Positions 48,355 to 61,646 of a stretch of 64,000 nt of DNA are shown here, in pieces (the first letter of the stretch is position 1; every line of letters starts with the position of its first letter). The notes beneath the pieces were generated by a model. The model saw nothing but the letters and a program-made list of their open reading frames with translations. It had not been told where the DNA came from and did no database searches. Origin of the DNA: Macrostomum lignano. Its lineage: Eukaryota. The stretch spans positions 82,520 to 146,519 of the forward strand of contig NIVC01000112.1 of NCBI GenBank assembly GCA_002269645.1, given 5' to 3'. The position numbers and the translations under genes are program-made.

Positions 48355-48620
48355 ATGGGCCAGATGTGCAACCGACAGCTCAGCCGCAGCTATTGCGCGG
48401 CGCATCTGAAGGCTGCGTACGGCTGTTCAGTCCAAGGGTCCTGGGGGGAAGTCCTCACACACCCTGAATTACTCCAGCTAATGCTGGCACCCATTTTACA
48501 GCTGGGTGAACTGAAGCAATGCAGAGTTAAGTGGTCTTGCTCAAGGACACAAATTGTTCCCAGTGGGGTCGAGAATCGAACCCCCGACCTTTCAGTCGTG
48601 AGTCGGACTAAATACTCACA
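48355..48620 (+). mobile_element. CORE-SINE / LINE2 3'-tail-like fragment
   Basis: CCCATTTTACAGCTGGGTGAACTGAAGCAATGCAGAGTTAAGTGGTCTTGCTCAAGGACACAA...GAATCGAACCCCCGACC resembles, from memory, the CORE/L2-tail consensus. Confidence 0.5.
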
Positions 48621-48794
48621 AGTGGCAATAGGTGAACTGTTTGTTTCGTTCCCCATTGGACCAAAGTGTATTTAATTTTCCAGGAAATTGGCCTCCAAAA
48701 AATTTCACTATCTTTGAATTGCAGTGTCCTGCATGGTACAGCGTACTACAGTGGTCCTTAAAATATGATTAATAAATTCTTAGTACGAGCTAAC

Positions 48795-50109
48795 TCAAAC
48801 AGATTCATAATTCCCTCGCCTCTTATTTATGCCATCTTTAACCCAGCCGTAGGAGAACAGAGCCCCATCCCGCACCAGACCCGGAACTGACACCCAGAAT
48901 TCGGCATTGGGCAGGGCCTGGGCACCGAAACTTTGCCGCCGAATGGCCACGTTAATTACTATGCCGGCGGCCAGGTAGACTGCAATGAGGCAGAAAAATA
49001 TGATGAGCAGGATGTCGCCGCCGCTCATGCCTCCGCCGCCGCCGCCGTCTGGTCCGGGGCCGCCGGTCGCGCAGCAGTGCCGTGACAGCAGGCTCATCTT
49101 GTACAGCTCTGTTGAACCGCTGGATTGACCGTCGTCTAAGGGAGTGAGCAAGTCCTCTCCACTGCCGGAGGTGTCGCACACCAGCTGCAGGTGGGTCTCT
49201 CTGGTCAGCTGGTCGCCCGAGAGCCCGCTGTACTTTAGCAGCAGGCCGAGGGTTGCGTCAGTTTCGAATGTTGCAGAGGCTTGAGTGCCCATGAGGTATT
49301 CCTGAGGAGTGGAGGACGGGTGAGCAGCGGTTGGGGCTTCCAGTTGTCATGGGATTCCGGGTAGTTTCTGTGGGATTCTAGTTGCTATGGCTTTATAGTT
49401 GCTATGGGATTATAGTTGCTATGGGATTATAGTTGCTATGGGGTTATAGTTGCTATGGGGTTATAGTTGCTATGGGGTTATAGTTGCTGTGGGATTCTGG
49501 TTGCAGTGGGATTCTGGTTGCAGTGGGATTCTGGTTGCTGTGGGATTCTGGTTGCTGTGGGATTCTAGTTGCTGTGGGATTCTAGTTGCTGTGGCAGTCT
49601 AGTTGCAATGGGATTCTCCATTGTTGCAGAATGGGATTCCGATTGGCATCGTAAATAGCGCTGATTATACTACAGCAGCTTTGCAAAATAAGTTTATTCA
49701 ATCACTCTTCATCGAAGCACCTGCCCAATGGCTTTGCTACCTGCAATTTATCGTTGGTCTTCTGGCACACCGCAGCGTCCGAGCTGCCATCGCAGGTGGC
49801 CCCATAGCACGGATTATAGTAATAGAAAAAGCTCCCGCTTGGGCTGGTCTTATCGTTGAATGCAAAAACTCCGCCAGATTTTGCTAACGGCGAGAGGTCG
49901 ACTCGACCACCGCTGTCTGTCTCGCAGCTGCAGGAGCTCAGCTGCTTCACGCAGTTAACGTTGCTAATCAATGCACGGTCTTCCCGATGCACTGCAGATG
50001 AATTGTTGGCAGCTTGAGTTTGTCCGATTGACAAACAGATTAGAGCGAGGCTGAGCCATGCGGTGACAGCTGAAGGTGAACGCCCGACCGCTGCTTTCGC
50101 TGCTTGCAT
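48795..50109 (-). CDS. Cation-dependent mannose-6-phosphate receptor / ATG27-like type I membrane protein, 2 exons
   Basis: Exons 50109-49741 (signal peptide; CSCETDSGGRVDLSPL, YYYNPC, AAVCQ; donor GTAGCA) and 49301-48795 (EYLMG..., LQLVC, TM GDILLIIFFCLIAVYLAAG, PNAEFWVSVPGLVRDG, C-terminal YESV); phase 0. Confidence 0.8.
49340..49620. repeat. ~16-bp array filling the M6PR-like intron
   Basis: GTTGCT(A/G)TGGG(A/G)TT(A/C)T(A/G) units. Confidence 0.85.
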
Positions 50110-50972
50110 ATTGCGGTGTTGCAGAATCGAAATTAATTATTTGAATTGACTTAATTATTTGCTACTGAGCAAGGATTTTACCACTGCTCACACGGTTAAC
50201 CGCTCAACTACATGTACATGTATATAGCTGTCTCGCTTTTATATCAGTTTTCAAAAAGATAAGAAATGAAACTTTCCAGGTGTTCGGCTTTTCTAACAGC
50301 CTTATGTATGCATGAAAATGCTGCAAATTTTATTGGTGAGTGCGGGGGTAATTTACAGAACTACGTTGTGCTGTACAGATGAAAATGCATGCATGCTTTA
50401 TACATGTACATGTACGAGCTACCTACAATTATTTCCAGAATCGGCGTTGTTTCCATAATTTTGGCGCCATAGGCTGACACTCATATGTATTGGCGCCCTC
50501 TGAAGTATTGATTTCCATAACGGTCACAGACAACAATTGATGCATGGGGCGGACGGACAATTAAAGTATTTGGCATGTCGACCCCCAGGGCCTTTATCGG
50601 GGGTACATGAACATTGTCACCCTGTCCCCCGGTGGGGACACCACACTACTGGTCCTAACAGTTAGCTGCGTCTGATCATACAGTCTCACAGGCTCACAGA
50701 AAACCATGCATTCGTACATGTTACATACATGTATATCACTGAATTTTCTAAAAGATAATTTAATTCGTCGTCCTGAATACATGTGTATAGTTTTACTTGT
50801 AATAAAGTTGAAAAATAGCCTAACAAAGCCTAACATATACCAGTATCAAATACATGTGTATAGTTTACATATGCATATATGTATTGTACATGTATGAAGT
50901 CATTTTGTTGGAATGAAGTCATGATTTTTAAATTACATGCTACATTTACATGTATGTAAAGCATGTTTTTAA

Positions 50973-51018
50973 CAAGGACGACTTAAGTAGACGACTTAAG
51001 TGACTTAAGTCGTCCTTG
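50973..51018. mobile_element. 46-bp TIR-only derivative of the 30716-31412 MITE family
   Basis: CAAGGACGACTTAAGTAGACGACTTAAGTGACTTAAGTCGTCCTTG. Confidence 0.7.
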
Positions 51019-53839
51019 GTTTTTAATTAGTCGCTTGAAGTGTTGGAATTCTTGAATAAATGTTGATGATCGTAAATAGCACGCATGGACAACAAAAATA
51101 CAACTGCAATTGTCTATGCTTACTGTTAGTCAATGGTTTAGTTAAAAATCAGCATTGGGCATACATTGTACATACAATCATACATGTATTACATTACAAT
51201 ACATTTAATCAATACGTTAATATACATGTACATGCATGTGAAATCAAAACCTGCAGTTTTTTTCTGAATTGTGCAGTGAGCACGGGATCTTACATATCAT
51301 GCATTGTTGGAACTTCAATTCAGACTGAGGATAATTTTGTCTATGGCTAAACCTTACTTCGGTTAGAATGTTTAAACTGGGGTTAGACTGGGCCCCAGTC
51401 TAAATTGTCTGAATTGAATTTCCGCTAGTTTTTTTAGAATTGGACTTTGATCAAAATTGAATGTGAAAAGGTGTAGTACCTTTTAAGACTAGGGCTAGGC
51501 CCCTAACTCTATCAAGTAATTTAGTAATTATTTTTATGTGCTTAGTGTCAATAATCTTTTTAGATAGTTTTAATGTTCATATTGCTTATATTGCTTACAG
51601 CTTACTGCAATTTTATTTGCAATTATTTAGTTGTCTAATGCAGTCACATTGCAGTGTACATATTCCATGAGTCATTGAATTTTTTCCAGGAGATGCTATG
51701 CAGCTAATACTTAAAATTAAATGGCAAATGCCATTCCTTGTGCTAGCTTAGCTGTCAATAGGCCTAGTTATTAATGAGCTTGTCAAGGTAAGAGCCATGC
51801 CCATAGTTGAGATGGTGCAGGTGTGCAGCATGATATGCAAGAAAAAATTGCCTATGGCAAAATTATTCTTACTAACAACCTATAGGCCTAGTTTGGAAGG
51901 CAACATGTATGCCAAGATTTCCCAGTGTACAACAGGGTCTTACCATTTTTTGTGTATATCAAAGTATATCCTGGTATATATAACTTAGTAGATCATATAA
52001 CCTTCCAAAGCATAGGCTATGAGTCTCATGACCAACCATCATTCATTTCATTGCTTACCACTCAATTGACAATCAATAAAATAGGCCTAATGTTACTAGG
52101 CCTAGATATATTAGTAACTTGCCTAAATAGGTTAGTGTTTAAGCCTATGTCTAATTGTTTAAAGTTTTGATAAGAATTTTCTAGATCAATATTTTTGCTT
52201 GAAAGCACAAACAAATGAAAAATTTTCAGTTTAACTCTATAGGCTATCTATCAATCTATTTAAAAATTAAATTTATCATTCCTCCTTATATTCATACTAT
52301 AATTACTAAAAATCTATGTACATTTATAAAAACCTTAGATAAATTGAATTATCTAAGTTTAATTGCAAAAAAGCATTAATAAATTTAATTTAACTCAATT
52401 ATATAAACAAAAATTGATTTTGAGATTTGCCTGCAATGCTTTTTCTTCGCCCAATGCCATGGCAATGCTTAGTAAGTTTTAATAAAGAAATTTTCTTATC
52501 AAATACATGTTTTCTTAGGCCTATAGGTATTTAATTCTATAATCTATATGCATATAAGGGTACATTTGTAAGCTATTAATTTATGCATATGCCATGTCAC
52601 TTTGTCTTCCAAATCTATTTATTAAGACTTATTATTATTAAGCCTATGGTTTTATGGTAGTAATGGTACTAAGCATTGGGGAGAAGGGAGAGGGAGAATG
52701 CAGACAACATCTGCTATGTGACTAAAAATACTACAAAAAAAGCTAGGCAAACCTCAGTGGGAAAAAATTGATAGGCAATTTGACTTATGATGGAATAATT
52801 GCAAAATGAGCAAATCTTGGTAGACAACTCTTGGCAGGTAAATATCAATGGGCAATTCATTCATGGGCAAAATTCACTACAGACAAATATTGGCAAGAAA
52901 AGCTCAATGGGCAAATCTTTCAAAGGCAATTAGCAAATATTAGTAAGGCTTTTGTCTATTGCTAATTCTTGTATTCCCTCTAATGGTTAATAATAAATTG
53001 ATTTTCAAAAAGTTCAACAAAGCCTAACTAACACTTTTATATACCTAGATAATTTGCAAAAATATAAAAGACAAGTTAATTAAAATAAAATTTAAGATTT
53101 TAACTCTATCTGTATGTTCTTATATTTTTATGTTATAAATTTTTGTTTGAGGAATGTTTTGTAAAATTGTAGAGGTTTTATGCATTTATGTTAAAGGCAA
53201 AGTGCAAAGGGGATATAGCCCTCCTTCCCTAGTGACTCAACTGCCTAAGGGGGGCACACTCCTATTCCTCTAGGGATGACCATCTTCTTATCCCCCTAGG
53301 GGTAACCACTTTCTTATCTCTCCATGGGGTGACCAATAAAATTTAAATTTTTAAGATTTTAGTGTAATGAGTTGCACTAATTCTAAATATTTGCTAGGGA
53401 AGGGAGGTGACCACCTGACCTGACCATACCCCTCCCCTAATTAGAGGTGCTACACAATCCTTCCACTCATTTTAAGACATTTTCTGGATACTGTATGCAT
53501 AAAAAATCATATATTGAAAATTAGCAAGAAATAGATCTAAAGAGAATTTTTCAAGTGCTTTCTAATATTTAAATAGAACTTTGAATGGGCTTAGGCCTAT
53601 GTTTGTTTATCTTAGTTCTTGCCAATTGAATTTAAACCAAAGTGCATAGTGAAATTTTCTATCATAGCAAAATTGCTTTGAATGTATTATATTTATTACT
53701 ATATTTTTTTGTTGTTTTCTAGTACCATAAATTGACTCTAGTCAAAACCTTATCAGACTTCTGTCTTGCAATTTCATGTGAAATACATTTAACAATCAGA
53801 ATTATTGCAAGGTAACATTAATAAAAATCATAATAAAAA

Positions 53840-56800
53840 ATGCAAAACTTTTTAATCTGGTCTATGGATGCAGTATCAGGATTGTACAGTCTAGTCACAC
53901 TGCCTCTATACTATGCCGCTAATTTGACATTTTGGCCAAATTCGACTACTGTTAGTAGTAGCAAACAACAGGCTGCAGTAGCTACCGTGAAAGTTGACTA
54001 TCCGGGAACTGATGAAGATGGCAGCTGCCCAGCTGTGTGGGCCAGCTCAGCTGTGGCGCAGGCGGCTGCGGAGACTGGCAAGTCAGTGCCTGACTGTCTG
54101 GCTAGCAGGCCCTTTGCCGGAGTTGAGAATCTGGCAGATCTGCTGGACCAAGCGGCTGGCAAGTACCCCGAGCGGCGCTGCTTTGGCACCCGGCAGCTGC
54201 TGGCGGAGGCAGACGAGGTGAGCTTCTAATGCTGGTCAATTGATATTGCTCGTTTTTTGAGTAACTGTAAGTTCAATAGTTGAGGGACTTTGTGAACTTT
54301 ATAGCAGGTTTGTTGAATTTTTAATTGGCCTGAATCTGAACTGTTTCATTACAGACAGACTGATCGGTACACTAAGACAGACAGACAGATAGACACTAAG
54401 GCAGACAGACAGACAGACAGACAGACACAGACAGAAGGACAGACTGACACACAGACAGACAGACAGACAGACAGACAGTTATTTAAGACCTTCATTGGAT
54501 CCCAAATTGCATTTCTGAATCTTCCTTATTAAACATGACTGTATAAAAAACTTTCAGATTTAGATCGCACACCAGCTCAGACAGTCACAGACTGTCCCAT
54601 TGACAGTTCAGGTACTGCATACATACAGATATTAACTGCTGTTTGGCAGTGCAATTCACCTGCGCTTGCTTAGCGGCAAAATTGCTTCTCAAATTTGCAA
54701 TTAATTTGCTTTGAAGGGCTGCTGTACGAGCTAACTGTGTGCTGATAAATCATACTTGGCCTGAATTTTTTAGTCTGAATATTTTACCGAACACTTTGAA
54801 TTTGATTTTTGGCTTTTTAGCGTTTATTGAAAATTTTCATTACAAACCAATGAAAATGATTAAGATTTTATTTGTAAGCTCGTAATCTGCTTTTAGGGTG
54901 CTCTTGATTGCTTAATATAGAGTCCTTGTTATTTAGTCAGTGTTTGCCACAGTTCATAGTCATGAGGTCAATTTGATTGTCATGAAGTCTCAGTCATCCA
55001 AGCAGTCATGAAATCATTACAGTAATCATAGTCACTCCGTTAGTCATAGAGTCACTCTGTTAGTCAAAAGGTCACTCCGTTAGTTATAAGAGTCACTCCG
55101 TTATTCATAGAGTCACTCTGTTAGTCATAGAGTCGCTCCGTTAGTCATAGAGTCACTCTGTTAGTCATAGAGTCGCTCCGTTAGTCATAGAGTCACTCTG
55201 TTAGTCATAAGAGTCACTCCGTTAGTCATAGAGTCACTCTGTTAGTCATAGAGTCGCTCCGTTATTCATAGAGTCACTCTGTTAGTCATAGAGTCGCTCC
55301 GTTAGTCATAGAGTCACTCTGTTAGTCATAGAGTCGCTCCGTTAGTCATAGAGTCACTCTGTTAGTCATAGAGTCGCTCCGTTATTCATAGAGTCACTCT
55401 GTTAGTCATAGAGTCGCTCCGTTAGTCATAGAGTCACTCTGTTAGTCATAAGAGTCACTCCGTTAGTCATAGAGTCACTCTGTTAGTCATAGAGTCGCTC
55501 CGTTAGTCATAGAGTCACTCTGTTAGTCATAGAGTCGCTCCGTTAGTCATAGAGTCACTCTGTTAGTCATAAGAGTCACTCCGTTAGTCATAGAGTCACT
55601 CTGTTAGTCATAGAGTCGCTCCGTTATTCATAGAGTCACTCTGTTAGTCATAGAGTCGCTCCGTTAGTCATAGAGTCACTCTGTTAGTCATAGAGTCGCT
55701 CCGTTATTCATAGAGTCACTCTGTTAGTCAAAGAGTCACTCCGTTATTCATAGAGTCACTCTGTTAGTCATAGAGTCGCTCCGTTAGTCATAGAGTCACT
55801 CTGTTAGTCATAGAGTCGCTCCGTTATTCATAGAGTCACTCTGTTAGTCATAGAGTCGCTCCGTTAGTCATAGAGTCACTCTGTTAGTCATAGAGTCACT
55901 CTGTTAGTCATAAGAGTCACTCCGTTAGTCATAGAGTCGCTCCGTTATTCATAGAGTCACTCTGTTAGTCATAGAGTCGCTCCGTTAGTCATAGAGTCAC
56001 TCTGTTAGTCATAGAGTCACTCTGTTAGTCATAAGAGTCACTCCGTTAGTCATAGAGTCGCTCCGTTAGTCATATAGTCACTCTGTTAGTCATAAGAGTC
56101 ACTCCGTTAGTCATAGAGTCACTCATTTAGTCATAGAGTCACTCCGTTAGTCATAGAGTCACTCATTTAGTCATAGAGTCACTCTGTTAGTCATAGAGTC
56201 ACTCATTTAGTCAAAGAGTCACTCCGTTATTCATAGAGTCACTCATTTAGTCAAAGAGTCACTCCGTTATTCATAGAGTCACTCATTTAGTCAAAGAGTC
56301 ACTCCGTTACTCATAGAGTCACTCATTTAGTCAAAGAGTCACTCAGTTAGTTTTAGAGTCACTCCGTTATTCATAGAGTCACTCATTTAGTCAAAGAGTC
56401 ACTCCGTTATTCATAGATTCACTCATTTAGTCAAAGAGTCACTCCGTTATTCATAGAGTCACTCATTTAGTCAAAGAGTCACTCCGTTATTCATAGATTC
56501 ACTCATTTAGTCAAAGAGTCATCATAGACTCCCAGCCGTATCTAACTATCATAACGAAAAGCTTCTCAACCCCGTGACTGAGCCATCAGCACCTGAACCC
56601 CCTCACCAGCTTCAACCAGACGGTCGCAAGTTCAAGAAGCAGTCGCTGGGCCCCTACAGCTGGCTGAGTTATCGCTCAGTTCACCGTCGGGTTATTCACC
56701 TGGCCAAGAGTCTCCGCTCGCAGCGGCAGCTCGGCCTCAGGCCCGGCGATCGGGTGGCTCTGTACGCGGAGACCCGGGCAGACTGGCAGCTGTGCGCCCA

Positions 56801-59800
56801 GGCCTGCTTCCGCTGCGGCCTGCCCGTGGTGACGCTGTACGCCAGCCTGGGCGAGGACGCCCTGGCCTACGGCGTCAACCAGTCGGAGGCTGCAGTGCTG
56901 GTGACCTCGCTGAGCCTGCTGGACAAGGTCACCAAGATGCTGGATCAGATGCCCAACATCCGGTGCGTCATCTACCTGGACGGTGGACTTGGCGATGAAT
57001 CGGCACTAGTGTCGGGCAGGCCTGCCGAAAGTCGACAGTCGGTGCGGCTGGTCGGACTCAGTCAGCTGATTGGCGAGGATGTCGACGATGCGACGGAGGA
57101 CGATATAGCGGCGGCGGCGGTGTCGGAGCCGGGCGACCTGGCCGTGCTGATGTACACCAGTGGCAGCACGGGCCAGCCTAAGGGAGTGATGATCAGCCAC
57201 TCCAACCTGCTGGCGATGGCAGCCGGCGTTGCCAGGCGAATTCCCGAGCTGGGGAGTCGGGCCGATGACAGCTACCTGGCTTACCTGCCGCTGGCTCACG
57301 TGCTGGAGCTGGCAGCTGAGCTGGCTTGTCTGGCTTGCGGAGTCGCCATCGGCTACGGCAGCCCGCTGACGCTGACGGATGCGTCCAATAAGGTGAGGCG
57401 AGGCATTGCCTGGCGGTGAATACTAATTAGTTGTCGGCAAGATCAAAGAGTCCAGTTATTCTAACTAATTAGTTTTCGGCAAGATCAAAGAGTCCAGTTA
57501 TTTTAACTAATTATTTGTCGGCAAGATCAAAGAGTCCAGTTATTCTAACTAATTAGTTTTCGGCAAGATCAAAGAGTCCAGTTATTTTAACTAATTATTT
57601 GTCGGCAAGATCAAAGAGTCCAGTTATTTTAACTAATTAGTTTTCGGCAAGATCAAAGAGTCCAGTTATTCTAACTAATTAGTTTTCGGCAAGATCAAGG
57701 AGTCCAGTTATTCTAACTAATTAGTTGTCAGCAAAATCAAAGAGTCCAGTTATTTCAACTAATTAGTTGTCGGCAAGATAAAAAAGTCCAGTTATTCTAA
57801 CTAATTAGTTGTCGGCAAGATCAAAGAGTCCAGTTATTCTAACTAATTAGTTGTCAGCAAAATCAAAGAGTCCAGTTATTTCAACTAATTCGTTGTCGGC
57901 AAGATCAAAAAGTCCTGTTTTTTTAACTAATTGGTAATTGACAAGATCAAAGCCTCCAGTTATGTAATTAATTGGTTGTCGGCAAGATCAAAGCCTCCAA
58001 ACTGCCCGGCAGGTGAAGCCCGGCACACCTGGCGACGCCACCGCACTGCGGCCCAGCCTGATGGCCGCCGTGCCCGCAGTGCTGGACCGCGCCTCGCGCG
58101 CTGTTCGCGACCGGGCAGAGGCGCGCGGCGCCATCGGGCGCGCCTTGCTGACCTGGGCGCTGGATTACAAACTTCGCTGGGGACTGCGGGGCTGGGCCAC
58201 CCCGCTGCTTGACCGGCTGGTATTTAAGAAGGTAAGGCCGGGTATTGCGCATATTTGAAATCAAAATACGAATGTACATGTAAAGCAGACCCGATTGAGG
58301 AAATCTCTATACAATTGTATAAACTCCGCGTTTAAATCCCATAGATGTGGAATCAAAAAAGTCTCGAAAACAAGACTCACACCCGAAATTCCACATAAAA
58401 AAATCCCGCATCTAAAATCCCTTATCGAAAAATCCCACACCAAAAATCCTAAATAAAAATCCCACATCATAAAATCCCATATACAAAAATCCACACCAAA
58501 AAATCCCATATAAAATAATCCCACACCAAAAAATCCTATATAAAATAATCCTACACCAAAAAATCCCATATAAAAATCCCACATAATAAAATCCCACACC
58601 ATAAAATCCCACACCATAAAATCCCACACCATAAAATCCCACACCCAAAAAATCCCACACCAAAACTCCCGCAGGTGAGCGTTATCCTGGGCGGCCGGCT
58701 GCGCCTTATGCTGTCCGGCGGCGCCCCGCTGTCGGCCGAGACGCACACCTTCGCCATGTCGGCATTCGGCAGCCCGGTGGTGCAGGGCTTCGGCCTCACC
58801 GAGACCTGCGGCGCCGGCTGCATACAGGCCAGCCCCGGGCCCGGCCACCAGCCGCTGGCCGCCACCCCGTTGGGCTCGGCCGGGCCTCCGCTGGACTCCT
58901 GCCTGCTGCGCCTGCGGGACTGGCCGGAGGGCGGCTACTCCAAGGCGGACAAGCCGTGGCCGAGAGGCGAGCTGCTCATCGGGGGCCCTGCGTAACGGCC
59001 GGGTATTTTCAAATGCCCGAGCTGACCGGCCAAGACTTCTGGACTGACGGCTGCGGCGTGCGATGGTTCTGCACCGGCGATGTTGGACAGGTGGCCGGGA
59101 CAGCCGGACTGCAGATTGTGGACAGGAAGAAAGACCTGGTCAAGCTGCAGGTGGGTCTTTGTTTGTTTAATAGTTTATCAGTCAAAATTAGTCTTTGTTT
59201 TTATGCTGTGTGTTATCAACTTAGTCTTTGTTCTAATCTGGAATATCAGTGAGCTATCAAATTAGTCTTTGTTCTAATCTGGAATATCAGTGAGCTATCA
59301 AATTAGTCTTTGTTCTAATCTGGAATATCAGTGAGCTATCAAATTAGTCTTTGTTCTAATCTGGAATATCAGTGAGCTGTCAAATTAGTCTTTGTTCTAA
59401 TCTGGAATATCAGTGAGCTATCAAATTAGTCTTTGTTCTAATCTGGAATATCAGTGAGCTGTCAAATTAGTCTTTGTTCTAATCTGGAATATCAGTAAGC
59501 TATCAAATTAGTCTTTGTTCTAATCTGGAACATCAGTGAGCTATCAAATTAGTCTTTGTTCCAATCTGGAATATCAGTGAGCTATCAAATTAGTCTTTGT
59601 TCCAATCTGGAATATCAGTGAGCTATCGGTGTCATGATGTGCCCGATGCCAACTCTATCAACCATTGCCGCAGGGAGGCGAGTACGTGTCCCTGGGCAAG
59701 GTGGAGCTGGCGCTCAGCAGCTCGCCAATTGTGGAGCAGCTGTGCGCCTATGCCGACAGTCGCCGCGACTTCGTGGTGCTTCTGGTTGTGCCGAAACGAC

Positions 59801-60138
59801 GCCGGCTGATGCAGCTGGCGCAACAGCTGGGCCTCCGGCCAGTGCCAACTGACGCCACAGGCGGCGGTCAGAGCCACGCCAACGGCGACGGGCTCCAGCC
59901 GGACGAGGCGCTGCTGTCCGACCCTCGGCTGAGAAAGGCGGCCCTAGACGAGCTGACCGCCGCGGCCAAGGGTCGGCTGGAGCGGTTCGAGACTCCGGCC
60001 CGGGTGCACCTGTGCGCTGAGACCGCCTGGCTGCCGGAGTCTGGCCTCGTCACCGACTCGTTCAAGCTGCGCCGGCGGCAGCTGCTGGACCGCTACAGAA
60101 AGGCGATTGAGGATATGTACGGACGGGAGGACTGCTAG
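53840..60138 (+). CDS. ACSL4: Long-chain acyl-CoA synthetase (ACSL3/ACSL4 family), 5 exons, apparent 1-nt frameshift in exon 4
   Basis: Exons 53840-54217, 56610-57392, 58013-58231, 58675-59150 and 59674-60138, all with phase-0 GT-AG introns. Motifs YTSGSTGQPKG, YLPLAHVLE, LSGGAPL, QGFGLTET, TGDVG, DRKKDLVKLQ|GGEYVSLGKVE. Frameshift at ~58986. Confidence 0.92.
55020..56520. repeat. 20/21-bp minisatellite in ACSL intron 1
   Basis: AGAGTC(A/G)CTC(T/C)GTTA(G/T)TCAT units, ~70 copies. Confidence 0.95.
57420..58000. repeat. 42-bp minisatellite filling ACSL intron 2
   Basis: AACTAATTAGTTGTCGGCAAGATCAAAGAGTCCAGTTATTCT units. Confidence 0.95.
58390..58662. repeat. ~15-bp minisatellite in ACSL intron 3
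   Basis: AAAAATCCCACACCA-type units running up to the acceptor. Confidence 0.85.
59220..59625. repeat. 41-bp minisatellite in ACSL intron 4
   Basis: AAATTAGTCTTTGTTCTAATCTGGAATATCAGTGAGCTATC units. Confidence 0.95.
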
Positions 60139-61646
60139 ACTGGCGTCTGTGTACCTGTGGATTTATAGATTTTTTTCAGTTTTTAATTTTTTGTGCCGTA
60201 ATTGCTACCGGTCAGAGTCTCAAATTGTGTTTTCTTTGCCAAGAATTGCAATAATTTGCCTTTTTTTCTTTAGGCCAGTAGCCTTTTTTACTTGCATTAG
60301 TATAATATATATCCCAGTAAATAATGTGCAATCTCCCCTAAGCACCAGCGTGCATAGTTTTGATGCTACTCCACTAGGTTGCTTTTGTCGGTCATTTTTT
60401 CATGCCCTGGTTTTTTAACTGTTCCGCATATTAATTTTAATGGCAACATTTCTAAGTGCTCAAACAGCACGGCTGTGTCAAAGTGCAATCGCAGATTCAA
60501 GTGCTAACATTTAGCACCATTTTTTAGTTTTTTAATTCACCTTTAAGTGAGACTAACTTTGCACTGTGCAGGTCCTGGAGACTTCAGAAATACACAGCTA
60601 TCAGCTCATTCATTTCTCTTCTCTATCGGATCGTTTTCAATTCATTGCCACTCCGGATTCGAACTCCAAACCCAAATGACTCAAGTCGCTGATTATAAAA
60701 GATCATGAGCAGACGTGTGCAGAAATTTGATGGATATCTTTTGACTGTCAATCAACTTTCACAGAGCTGTAGAGATGATGTTAATTAATTTATTGCCAAG
60801 CCGCTGGCTCTGATTTTGAATTGATAATTAAATATATTTGTTAATCCATTTGCACTATGTAGGGGATAAGCTGGAGGGATTATACTAGTATGGGGGTATC
60901 ATAGGCTGTTCGCGACAGGCTTGCCAATGCATTTGGTGAAAATGCTCCGAGGGGACGCGCAGCTCAATAATAATATTAATAATATGGTAAATAAATGATC
61001 AGCATACAAAACTGAACACAAGAAACTGACTGCAGAAAAAGCAAAAAACAATACAATTAGAGAGAACTGCTGCGCAATGGGCTCGGGGAGAGACAGATAA
61101 ATATTTAAATAGCAGTGGCAATATAATAGAAGAATTGCAATATTTATTTATTAAATGATCATAATAATAGTCATCGGTGAATAGGGGTTTGGAATTTTTT
61201 AATAAGCAATTTCTGCTATTGCTAACAGTGCTTTGCTGGGTACCTACGTAACAAAACAGATATTTTCATCTGGAATAACTAAAAATAGACAGCAACATGC
61301 TACTACTGCTACTGCTACAAAGAGAAAAGTAATATGTATGGCGAAAAAAGCGAGCTAGAAATCCAAGACTGTGATTGATTAGTTTTAATAGATTCACGAC
61401 TGGGAACTGATTGAATTATTGGGATGAGGCTACTTAATTAGTTTTGTTGCTGTAGAAAATAAAAAGCCGACTGCGACAGGCTGCTCAAGCGGGAAAAGGT
61501 GCACGAGGATCTTGCTTGCTGCTGGGTGGCGCACTTGAAAACAAAAATTACAATGACACACAAAACAGACGTAGACTCATGGAATCACGAAAAAGTACAC
61601 ACAGTCCTATCAAAAAGTACTTGGTTGCTGCGAGGCTGGTGGTAGC

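Noticed and set aside
57420-58000. Intron unit contains GGCAAGATCAAAG (GKIK), resembling the ACSL4 SKIKKG peptide at this junction
   Set aside because: Only a few codons match and the exon itself encodes NK|VKPG; probably coincidence.
59220-59625. Possible recursive site in the 41-bp unit (CAGTGAG)
   Set aside because: AG and GT share one G, so it is not an AG|GT ratchet point.
22-60138. Apparent functional clustering (LLTP + ACSL + DHHC lipid theme; PC2 + peptide GPCR)
   Set aside because: Genes are dispersed, in mixed orientation and from common families; without synteny data there is no evidence beyond chance.
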